Shown one piece after another: positions 1-11,900 of a DNA stretch of 64,000 nt (position 1 is the first letter of the stretch; the number at the start of each line of letters is the position of its first letter). The notes under the pieces are model-generated. The model saw nothing but the letters and a program-made list of their open reading frames with translations. It was not told the DNA's origin and made no database searches. A program made the position numbers and the translations under genes. The DNA comes from Macrostomum hystrix (taxonomy: Eukaryota > Animalia > Platyhelminthes). The stretch lies in the NCBI GenBank assembly GCA_950097015.1, contig CATNEN010000007.1, forward strand, positions 8,308,001 to 8,372,000, given 5' to 3'.

Positions 1-1649
1 CTATAATTTTGTCGCACAGACAATCGGGTTTTTTAACTCGCCAAGTCTTTAACCACATACATTGCGCATCACTAAAGTCCATTTTAAAGCACGTTTACAA
101 TTATTCGTCTGTGTGTTAGTACTCACCTGTAGCTTTTATGCAAAAAACCTGCGCACAGTTTGCTTAACTCCGCTCCACCCGCCCACCCTTCCAACCGCCG
201 CTTGTCGCGTCACGTGACTCGCTCCTCTCACGCGCACAAACGAACCAAAAAACAGCCGGCCACTACGACGAGGACATCACAAAGAAGTCGCCGCCGCAGT
301 CGCCGTCGCATTCGCAGATCGCGTGAAAAGTTGTTGAACCTTTCTAAGAAAGCGAGGCGGGGAAGAAAACCCGGAAGAGTGACGACGTCGTAAAGTGACT
401 GTCCTGATTTTTGTTCATGTGAGCCAACGCTAGCAGCGCAGACAGAGGTAATACAAATAGTTGCAGGTTTTAGTTTTGCATGAAAGCTGGAAGCCCTCCA
501 GTCCTGGCACCCGCACTGACTGTTGTCTCATTGAAATGTAGTAATTATTTTTCTGTCGTATTGTGACGCTTCCCATTTGTTATAGCTGTTACTCATTTGA
601 AAAATGTTTAATTTAGTAACAAACAGGTTCAACATTTAACATTAAGAAAAGGCTATCACACTTCACAGCAGAATCAATAGATGACTAAGAATTTCCTCCA
701 AACTGAAAAAAACACATAGGACCTGTTTCATAGAGCCGGGCACTGATCAGCGCTTGTTTAGTTGTTTTATTGTTCATTAAAAATAATGTTAATTATAAGA
801 AAAAGCAAAGCTCTTTTTGTACATATCTTAATAACAACATTTTTTGGCACCCTCAGTAATTAAAAAAAGTTCTTTTTTTCACACGGTGCCCATGCACCGT
901 AACGAATTATAATCACCTACCTTAATATTCTTATCGTTGCTTTTATATCAACTTTAAAGTACATCGCGTGAAGCCTAACCGCATAGCAAACTCATTGATT
1001 GAGCAGCTTACCCAATCAGGTTCAAAACTTTTATAATGTTGCTTTTTTGCTAGCTTGTAAAGAAGAAAACTTATTGCCTGCTGCATCAATATTCGCATTG
1101 TCATAGCTAGAAAATGCTTGTTTTCTGTAGAACATAAAATTCTGCGGTTGTGGCTCTGCTATTAATTCGCTTTTTTCAATATAAAAGAATTACAAATTCA
1201 GACCACAGATCCAACTTTTTGCGATGCTTTGATTAACAAATATTTTCTATTTTTCGAAAGTAATAAACTCAATTAATTTTCTAATTTTGCTTAACTACTT
1301 TCTGTCGATTATGTTTTCATACTGAGTTTAATCTCCATTAGAACGATACAAATGTTTATCAAAGTCTTTGTCGCTGCATAGTCTATGTAGCTCCGTCATT
1401 TATGTCTAATTTTTTATCTACCACGCATTCGCTATCCCAGCTTTTTACTTCTGTACGTGTTTTGGCATGAAGCCCCATTTTTCCTCCTATAAACGTTGGC
1501 CCACTCTCTCTATTTATAAGTGTTTTTTGTTAGCACACAAACTAAAATTACCGGATTGTCTGCAATAAACCAAATGCACCATTGAAAATTGTCTGCCAAG
1601 ATTTGCATCACTGCTTCATTTTCTAGTAAGGTAAAGGTACTTTAAAGAA

Positions 1650-2890
1650 ATCCCAGATCCTCACACACCATCCCTTAAACATTATTCTCAGATGCTCACA
1701 CTGAGACACAATCCCATAAGCATTATTCTCAGATCCTCACACTGAGACACCATCCCTTAAACATTATTCTCAGATCCTCACACACCATCCCATAAACATT
1801 ATTCTCAGATCCTCACACACCATCCCTTAAACATTATTCTCAGATCCTCACACACCATCCCTTAAACATTATTCTCAGATCCTCACACACCATCCCTTAA
1901 ACATTATTCTCAGATCCTCACACTGAGACACCATCCCTTAAACATTATTCTCAGATCCTCACACACCATCCCATAAACATTATTCTCAGATCCTCACACT
2001 GAGACACCATCCCATAAACATTATTCTCAGATCCTCACACACCATCCCTTAAACATTATTCTCAGATCCTCACACTGAGACACCATCCCATAAACATTAT
2101 TCTCAGATCCTCACACTGAGACACCATCCCATAAACATTATTCTCAGATCCTCACACACCATCCCTTAAACATTATTCTCAGATCCTCACACACCATCCC
2201 TTAAACATTATTCTCAGATCCTCACACACCATCCCTTAAACATTATTCTCAGATCCTCACACACCATCCCTTAAACATTATTCTCAGATCCTCACACTGA
2301 GACACCATCCCTTAAACATTATTCTCAGATCCTCACACACCATCCCTTAAACATTATTCTCAGATCCTCACACTGAGACACCATCCCTTAAACATTATTC
2401 TCAGATCCTCACACACCATCCCATAAACATTATTCTCAGATCCTCACACTGAGACACCATCCCATAAACATTATTCTCAGATCCTCACACACCATCCCTT
2501 AAACATTATTCTCAGATCCTCACACTGAGACACCATCCCATAAACATTATTCTCAGATCCTCACACTGAGACACCATCCCATAAACATTATTCTCAGATC
2601 CTCACACACCATCCCTTAAACATTATTCTCAGATCCTCACACACCATCCCTTAAACATTATTCTCAGATCCTCACACACCATCCCTTAAACATTATTCTC
2701 AGATCCTCACACACCATCCCTTAAACATTATTCTCAGATCCTCACACTGAGACACCATCCCTTAAACATTATTCTCAGATCCTCACACACCATCCCTTAA
2801 ACATTATTCTCAGATCCTCACACTGAGACACCATCCCATAAACATTATTCTCAGATCCTCACACTGAGACACCATCCCATAAGCATTATC
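1650..2890. repeat. Minisatellite with 35/41-bp units and a 450-bp higher-order duplication
   Basis: CAGATCCTCAC(ACTGAG)ACACCATCCC(T/A)TAAACATTATTCT. Confidence 0.95.
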
Positions 2891-3444
2891 CAAGAGTGTC
2901 AATCAATTTCCAGCCATCATCATTTTAATTCTGTTGAATCCGCGAGATATACTCAAAATCTCCCGAACCTCTGCTCCAGCAAAGCTGCCATCTTATTCTA
3001 GATCTCAGTCGGGTGATCCGAGGTTCCAGATCCTGAATCCCAGCCTTCAAAGCCGGATACTTTTTACTGAGCTTTGTCTGCGCGGGGCGGCTGCTTGAAG
3101 GCTGTGAAACGTTCTCGCGTCTTCTCGACCGCCCCAAATGCAACTTCAGCAAGGAAATTTGCATCTCGATTGCCTTCCGCCAGAGCGGGGATGTCGCCCA
3201 GGCCATCATTTGCTGCCCGCTCGCTTCACGCATTTCAAGCTGCAATTTAAAATTTAGAGCGCGTCCCAGGCTCAAGAGAAATAAAGTCGGGAGGTTACTC
3301 AAATAGCCATATAATAAGGCTCACTAGAGAGTCTCCGACCCTCGGATCCTCACTCGTATCGTTATCACTGACTCACTGCGAGAACTCATAAATGCCCTAT
3401 TTATTTTTGGCCTTGCTTCCGTGCTAAGCAATTCGCACTATCTC

Positions 3445-4010
3445 TACTCCACAGCTCTCAATCCACAGCTCTCACTCCACTCACTCCACAGCTCTCACTC
3501 CACTCACTCCACAGCTCTCACTCCACAACTCTCACTCCACAGCTCTCACTCCACAGCTCTCACTCCACAGCTCTCACTCCACAGCTCTCACTCCACAACT
3601 CTCACTCCCCAACTCTCACTCCACAGCTCTCACTCCACAGCTCTCACTCCACAGCTCTCACTCCACAGCTCTCATTCCACAGCTCTCACTCCACAGCTCT
3701 CACTCCACAGCTCTCACTCCACAGCTCTCACTCCACAGCTCTCACTCCACAGCTCTCATTCCACAGCTCTCACTCCACAGCTCTCACTCCCCAGCTCTCA
3801 CTCCACAACTCTCACTCCACAGCTCTCACTCCACAGCTCTCACTCCACAGCTCTCACTCCACAGCTCTCACTCCACAGCTCTCACTCCACAGCTCTCACT
3901 CCACAGCTCTCACTCCACAGCTCTCACTCCACAGCTCTCACTCCCCAACTCTCACTCCACAGCTCTCACTCCACAGCTCTCACTCCACCGCTCTCACTCC
4001 ACCGCTCTCA
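3445..4010. repeat. 14-bp minisatellite
   Basis: CTCACTCCACAGCT tandem. Confidence 0.95.
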
Positions 4011-5104
4011 GCGCATCGCATTTCGGGGAGCCGATGCATTCGTTCACCTGTCAATCAGGATTAGCTTCAGCAAACCCTAAGGTGCAAAACAGGATCCCCA
4101 TTCACCCCGACCTGCCATTCAAGCTCATATTGCTGTCCTGGTTCAGAAGCAGCAGGCCTGTGAAGAAGGTGTGTATTTGTTAAGCAGCGCACTTGAAGAT
4201 TATTTGCGAAAGACCAGAAAATTCACTCCAGTCTCGAGAGGGTCAAAGAGTCTGAGCCCATGCATTTCTGCGCCACTTGATTTTCACCGCTACTTGGGAA
4301 GAGGAGATTCGGGGGATGCAAGCAGCTTAAGCCGCTGTCACCAGAGAAGAGTGTGCGGCTGGTCCACAAGAGACTAGGGAATTTGCACTGGCTGGATTCT
4401 GAATAGGAAAGCGATCAACAGTCAGAGATGAAGTGGGAGAGTGGGAGAGAGCCGAATGCGATGCGTTTTGCCCCCGGAGGATTCAGATCATCATCAGCTG
4501 TTCATTTCTGCAGGTAGAAATCTCCGCAGGTAATAAATAATAAGCTATGCACGGTTGCAAAATAAGAGTAAACAAACTGCCACTGCGGCAACAGTTGTGA
4601 CAAACTCACGCCCATGCCGTTTCACTGCAAATATGATTTCCTAGAATCTATACCAAACTAATACGGTTGCATCTTCCCATGTTAATCATTCCATCTCCCT
4701 GTCTCTGCGACGATCATTTGCAGAAAAAAATGACGTTTTTGTTTCAACGAGACCAAAGATTAGACTTTAACATTTAATGCATCACAAAAGGCAATCCCAC
4801 ACTGCCAGTTGTTTTCCCATAGTCTGTCTACACATTTTCCCAAAGGAAATGAAAAAACGCTGCCAGCCAATGGCCCCCACTGCCAGCTTGGGATAAAAGT
4901 AGACGTGCTTGACAATGCGGACTGTCAATTGATAGGTAGTTAAGAAATTTGGAAAGAAATTTGGGTAGTTAGGAACGAATGCTATCAGCACCTTATGGGT
5001 CCCCGAGTTTTGTATTGGACATGGCTTAATCCAAGAACAGGAATGAATGCTGAGATCTGAGTTAACACGTTGCTGAATGAATATGTAAATAGCAAAGTGC
5101 ATGT

Positions 5105-5365
5105 AGTACATAGCTGAATTCATGTACATAGCTGAATGCATGTACATAGCTGAATGCATGTACATAGCTGAATACAAGTACATAGCTGAATGCATGTACA
5201 TAGCTGAATGCATGTACATAGCTGAATGCATGTACATAGCTGAATACAAGTACATAGCTGAATGCATGTACATAGCTGAATGCATGTACATAGCCGAATG
5301 CATGTACATAGCTGAATGCATGTACATAGCTGAATGCATGTACATAGCTGAATGCATGTACATGC
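5105..5365. repeat. 18-bp minisatellite
   Basis: TACATAGCTGAATGCATG tandem. Confidence 0.95.
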
Positions 5366-5744
5366 ATGTATTTACATATCGTAATGTATGTAAATAACTG
5401 AATGAGTGTACAAAGTTGAATTCATCAAGTTAAAGTTAAGTAAGGAAAAGCAAACAAAATAATTATTTCTGAATGCAGTTATTGTTCAAGCTAAACATTT
5501 AAGCATCAACTTCTTTAGTTTATTTCGCAACAATAGGAAGACTAAAGAAAGCACGTTATTTGAGAAAAAAGTTGCGCGATCGCTAAAAATGATGCATGCT
5601 AGATAAAGCAATGAGATAATACATTATACACTGCATGCTAGATAAAGCAATGAGATAATACATTATACACTGCATGCAGGGAAAAAATATTTTTCATTAA
5701 AAAAAACACAATAAAGCCGATGAGCCAATGACTCCAAAAAGTTG

Positions 5745-7900
5745 TGAAGGGTGGAGACAGATGAGAGTGAACGGTGAGACAGGAGAGTCACGGGTAGAGA
5801 CAGAAGAGAGTGAAGGGTAGAGACAGAAGAGAGTGAAGGGTAGAGACAGAAGAGAGTGAAGGGTAGAGACAGAAGAGAGTGAAGGGTAGAGACAGAAGAG
5901 AGTGAAGGGTAGAGACAAAAGAGAGTGAAGGGTAGAGACAGAGGAGAGTGAAGGGTAGAGACAGAAGAGAGTGAAGGGTAGAGACAGAGGAGAGTGAAGG
6001 GTAGAGACAGAGGAGTGTGAAGGGTGGAGACAGAGGAGAGTGAAGGGTAGAGACAGAGGAGAGTGAAGGGTAGAGACAGAGGAGAGTGAAGGTAGAGACA
6101 GAGGAGAGTGAAGGGTAGAGACAGAGGAGTGTGAAGGGTGGAGACAGAGGAGAGTGAAGGTAGAGACAGAGGAGAGTGAAGGGTAGAGACAGAGGAGTGT
6201 GAAGGGTGGAGACAGAAGAGAGTGAAGGGTAGAGACAGAGGAGAGTGAAGGGTAGAGACAGAGGAGAGTGAAGGTAGAGACAGAGGAGAGTGAAGGGTAG
6301 AGACAGAGGAGTGTGAAGGGTGGAGACAGAGGAGAGTGAAGGGTAGAGACAGAGGAGAGTGAAGGGTAGAGACAGAGGAGAGTGAAGGGTAGAGACAGAG
6401 GAGAGTGAAGGGTAGAGACAGAGGAGAGTAAAGGGTAGAGACAGAGGAGAGTGAAGGGTAGAGACAGAGGAGAGTGAAGGTAGAGACAGAGGAGAGTGAA
6501 GGGTAGAGACAGAGGAGAGTGAAGGGTAGAGACAGAGGAGAGTGAAGGGTAGAGACAGAAGAGAGTGAAGGGTAGAGACAGAGGAGAGTGAAGGGTAGAG
6601 ACAGAGGAGAGTGAAGGTAGAGACAGAGGAGAGTGAAGGGTAGAGACAGAGGAGTGTGAAGGGTGGAGACAGAGGAGAGTGAAGGGTAGAGACAGAGGAG
6701 AGTGAAGGGTAGAGACAGAGGAGAGTGAAGGGTAGAGACAGAGGAGAGTGAAGGGTAGAGACAGAGGAGAGTAAAGGGTAGAGACAGAGGAGAGTGAAGG
6801 GTAGAGACAGAGGAGAGTGAAGGTAGAGACAGAGGAGAGTGAAGGGTAGAGACAGAGGAGAGTGAAGGTAGAGACAGAGGAGAGTGAAGGGTAGAGACAG
6901 AGGAGAGTGAAGGGTAGAGACAGAGGAGAGTGAAGGGTAGAGACAGAGGAGAGTGAAGGTAGAGACAGAGGAGAGTGAAGGGTAGAGACAGAGGAGTGTG
7001 AAGGGTGGAGACAGAGGAGAGTGAAGGTAGAGACAGAGGAGAGTGAAGGGTAGAGACAGAGGAGAGTGAAGGGTAGAGACAGAGGAGAGTGAAGGGTAGA
7101 GACAGAGGAGAGTGAAGGGTAGAGACAGAGGAGAGTGAAGGGTAGAGACAGAGGAGAGTGAAGGTAGAGACAGAGGAGAGTGAAGGGTAGAGACAGAGGA
7201 GAGTGAAGGGTAGAGACAGAGGAGAGTGAAGGGTAGAGACAGAGGAGAGTGAAGGGTAGAGACAGAAGAGAGTGAAGGGTAGAGACAGAGGAGAGTGAAG
7301 GGTAGAGACAGAGGAGAGTGAAGGTAGAGACAGAGGAGAGTGAAGGGTAGAGACAGAGGAGTGTGAAGGGTGGAGACAGAGGAGAGTGAAGGGTAGAGAC
7401 AGAGGAGAGTGAAGGGTAGAGACAGAGGAGAGTGAAGGGTAGAGACAGAGGAGAGTGAAGGGTAGAGACAGAGGAGAGTGAAGGGTAGAGACAGAGGAGA
7501 GTGAAGGGTAGAGACAGAGGAGAGTGAAGGTAGAGACAGAGGAGAGTGAAGGGTAGAGACAGAGGAGAGTGAAGGGTAGAGACAGAGGAGAGTGAAGGGT
7601 AGAGACAGAGGAGAGTGAAGGGTAGAGACAGAAGAGAGTGAAGGGTAGAGACAGAGGAGAGTGAAGGGTAGAGACAGAGGAGAGTGAAGGTAGAGACAGA
7701 GGAGAGTGAAGGGTAGAGACAGAGGAGTGTGAAGGGTGGAGACAGAGGAGAGTGAAGGGTAGAGACAGAGGAGAGTGAAGGGTAGAGACAGAGGAGAGTG
7801 AAGGGTAGAGACAGAGGAGAGTGAAGGGTAGAGACAGAGGAGAGTGAAGGTAGAGACAGAGGAGAGTGAAGGGTAGAGACAGAGGAGAGTGAAGGGTAGT
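5745..7900. repeat. 22/23-bp purine-rich minisatellite
   Basis: AGAGACAGAGGAGAGTGAAGGGT tandem. Confidence 0.95.
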
Positions 7901-8659
7901 GAAGGAGAGTGAGTGAAAGTTACAATCGGATACAAAATAGCTTCAGGCAGCAACCGTTATTAACAAACAGGCTCTGTTTTAATAGGGCTTAATTTTCTAG
8001 CCTTATTAAACTCCGCTTCAATCTGCTTTCATCAGTCTCTACTTTGGAAGAAATCAAGCGCTGCCTGGAAGCTGCCAACCAATGGCAGTGCGCCATCCCG
8101 TCAACGCACGCGATGCAGGGTGGGCTGAACGCAAGCGCAATGAGAAGTGCATGCGAAGGCCGCCTAATCTACTTAACAGGGATAATTAGAAGTTTAAAGC
8201 TTAGAGGGGAAGGGGTTGCATAGGGACAGCACATTATTATGGGCACTATAGAGGCCACCAGCAGCCTCAGGTGGTCAAATCAGCAGCCTGAAATTGCTGT
8301 GTTGACTCAAACGAAGACGGTGCGGAAGATGGCGAGTCTTTTATGCGAGCAGAAATGCGAATGGTAATGCTCTCAAAACACCTGGGCTCTTCGCTTATAT
8401 TCAATGCGTTCTAAGCTATGCAAGTATTCAGTTGTGTGCAGTCGCAAGGTATTAAGAGTTGGAAAAATAGGGAAGTAACATATTCGAAATATAAATATTG
8501 CCTTGTCATTGTCTACCAAAATAACGGCAGACAATACAGTCATGAAATTGAGATCGCACAATTCATGAAAAGATCTACGACGTTTAAATTAGCAACGGTC
8601 AAACGGATTCCTGTTCTCCTTTGGCAAACCGGCCAACAACCAAATTTATTCTTGCTGCC

Positions 8660-8865
8660 CTTAGCAACCGACCATATCGATTAGTGAGTCCTCTTAGCAA
8701 CCGACCGAATCGATCAGTGAGTCCTCTTAGCAACCGACCGAATCGATCAGTGAGTCCTCTTAGCAACCGACCAAAATGATTTTTGTCTCTCCATAGCAAC
8801 CGACCAAACAGAATTATGTCTTAGCACACTTGGCAAGCGATCTTGTCTACCTAGCAACCGATTAA
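8660..8865. repeat. 33-bp minisatellite
   Basis: CTTAGCAACCGACCGAATCGATCAGTGAGTCCT, degenerating. Confidence 0.85.
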
Positions 8866-8910
8866 ATCAATTTTTGTCCTTCCATGCCAACCCAAAAGAA
8901 AGCATTGCAC

Positions 8911-11900
8911 TCAGGCGGGCCTGTAGAGAAAAGCGTCCATGACAACGGATTCCGGTGGTAGACGGAAGGCCGAGCGCACCATGCCGACAACGCTCTGAGT
9001 CAGGTTGCCCAGCAACGCTCTCGGCGTGTAGCCGTCCCGGCCGGATCGGGCCACCGTGACCAGCCGCGGTCGGAGTCCCACAGCGCCCAGGCCGTCAAGG
9101 AAGTCGCCAAGCTGTCGAAGGCCAGCGAGCAGCTCCGGGCCAGGCGGCCACGGCGACTCGACCACGGCGCTGTCGAAAGGCGAATTTGCGCCGGTGCAGA
9201 GCAGAAGCTGCGGCGGTGGCAGCGGCGGCGGCTGAATGCGGCGATTCCACGGCGAGGCGTCGAGGCAAATGCCGATGCGGCGCAGGATGGACAGGACAGC
9301 TCGGCCCAGGCTGGCCAGCGGGCGCAGGCGTAGGCGGAGATCCTTCAACACGCTGGCCCGGCTGTCGCTGTCCTCGGCGCGGCTGCCGTGGCAAAGAAGT
9401 CGCCGCACCGTCTTAAAGTGCAGAGAGATGAGATCTCACAACTAAGTCCTCGAATGTAAACTATAAAGCGAAAACGATACAGATATGACTAATCAATCAA
9501 TATGACTAATGAAGAGTCCATTCTCACTAATGAAGAGTCCATTCTCACTAATGAAGAGTCCATTCTCACTAATGAAGACTCCATTCTCACTAATGAAGAG
9601 TCCATTCTCACTAATGAAGAGTCCATTCTCACTAATGAAGAGTCCATTCTCACTAATGAAGAGTCCATTCTCACTAATGAATCAGTGAGCTCACCCGCGG
9701 GTCAGTAGCTAGCGCTGGGGCCATGGCAAATGCACTAAGTTGCTCATCACTCCAGGTGTCAATGTCACAGGGCTCGCCGCAGTTGGCCTCCAGGCCGCGC
9801 AGCAGCGCCGAGAAGGCGGCCGAGCCGGCGGCCTCGTCGGTGTCCTCGGCGGGGCAGAGCAGGAAGGTGGCCAGGTCGTTGACCCAGTGCATGGCCGCCT
9901 CGAAATGACTGCTGGAGTTGCCTGATAAAGTGTTGCGGGATGGCAGTGGCGGGTGGGAACTCACTGAAGGATCGGATGATGGTGGGGAACTCACTGAAGG
10001 ATCGGATGATGGTGGGGAACTCACTGAAGGATCGGATGATGGTGGGGAACTCACTGAAGGATCGGATGATGGTGGGGAACTCACTGAAGGATCGGATGAT
10101 GGAGGGAAACTCACTGAAGGATCGGATGATGGTGGGGAACTCACTGAAGGATCGGATGATGGAGGGGAACTCACTGAAGGATCGGATGATGGAGGGGAAC
10201 TCACTGAAGGATCGGATGATGGTGGGAAACTCACTGAAGGATCGGATGATGGAGGGAAACTCACTGAAGGATCGGATGATGGAGGGGAACTCACTGAAGG
10301 ATCGGATGATGGAGGGAAACTCACTGAAGGATCGGATGATGGTGGGGAACTCACTGAAGGATCGGATGATGGTGGGGAACTCACTGAAGGATCGGATGAT
10401 GGAGGGAAACTCACTGAAGGATCGGATGATGGTGGGGAACTCACTGAAGGATCGGATGATGGTGGGGAACTCACTGAAGGATCGGATGATGGAGGGAAAC
10501 TCACTGAAGGATCGGATGATGGTGGGGAACTCACTGAAGGATCGGATGATGGAGGGGAACTCACTGAAGGATCGGATGATGGAGGGGAACTCACTGAAGG
10601 ATCGGATGATGGTGGGAAACTCACTGAAGGATCGGATGATGGTGGGAAACTCACTGAAGGATCGGATGATGGAGGGAAACTCACTGAAGGATCGGATGAT
10701 GGAGGGAAACTCACTGAAGGATCGGATGATGGAGGGAAACTCACTGAAGGATCGGATGATGGTGGGGAACTCACTGAAGGATCGGATGATGGTGGGGAAC
10801 TCACTGAAGGATCGGATGATGGTGGGGAACTCACTGAAGGATCGGATGATGGTGGGGAACTCACTGAAGGATCGGATGATGGTGGGGAACTCACTGAAGG
10901 ATCGGATGATGGTGGGGAACTCACTGAAGGATCGGATGATGGAGGGAAACTCACTGAAGGATCGGATGATGGTGGGGAACTCACTGAAGGATCGGATGAT
11001 GGTGGGGAACTCACTGAAGGATCGGATGATGGAGGGAAACTCACTGAAGGATCGGATGATGGAGGGAAACTCACTGAAGGATCGGATGATGGAGGGAAAC
11101 TCACTGAAGGATCGGATGATGGTGGGGAACTCACTGAAGGATCGGATGATGGAGGGAAACTCACTGAAGGTAGACCAAGCTCACCTAAGGCCAGATACAG
11201 GGGCCAGGTGGGCAGCTGGACCGCCAGGAAGTCCAGATCGATGTCCAGGATGAAATGGTCGGTCCGCAGAAGGCCGGAGCTGGCCAGCAGGTTGGTGCCA
11301 GTCTCTGAGAGCATCCAACTCAGCTCAGAGTTGAGCACTCTCACCGGCAGGGCGGATTTATCCTCGGAGCAGCTCGCGAAAGTCGAACTGTTTCGCGGTA
11401 TTTCGACATCCATCCGTTGGTAGCATCCGGTCAGCTTCCAGGTGGTGTTGTCGCCAGACAGCTCGGACTGACACTCGCACGGCTGTGCGGCTCCGAGTAG
11501 GGACTTCCGGAACCAGGACAGGCTGCTCAGCTCCGTGAAGCGGCCAGCGGCAACCTGGGTGCGAATTTCCTGTCGCATCTGCCGCAGCTGGGCCGGGGTC
11601 AGATCAGATCTGGGCCAGCTGGGTCGCAGGAACACCAGCCGGTCTATGAAGCCTGCGTAGGCGGCGGCCTGAGGACAGGGTGCGACTTATTTTGATTGGG
11701 TACTTCAGGTGTCAGTTAAGCATCTTGAGATTGGGTACTTCAGGTGTCAGTTGAGCCCCTTGAGATTGGGTAATTCAGTTGTCGATTGAGCACCTTGTGA
11801 TTGGGTGCTTCAGGTGTCAGTTGAGCACCTTGTGATTGGGTGCTTCAGGTGTCAGTTGAGCACCTTGAGATTGGGTACTTCAGGTGTCAGTTGAGCACCT

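Noticed and set aside
160-4530. Plus-strand gene start (GC-rich 160-447 with a possible donor; possible 16-nt micro-exon at 4514-4529) and the minus ORF 2925-3302
   Set aside because: No recognisable protein or phase-consistent exon chain could be assembled.
5788-7953. 721-aa ORF, and similar long ORFs at 19799-21103, 27794-29065, 33063-34088, 53785-54798, 59545-62123, 62691-63368
   Set aside because: These are translations of stop-free tandem repeats, often open in several frames, with no unique domain or splice support.
9918-11423. Plus-strand 501-aa and 437-aa repeat ORFs
   Set aside because: Antisense shadows of the 30-bp array within the minus-strand UPF0489 gene.
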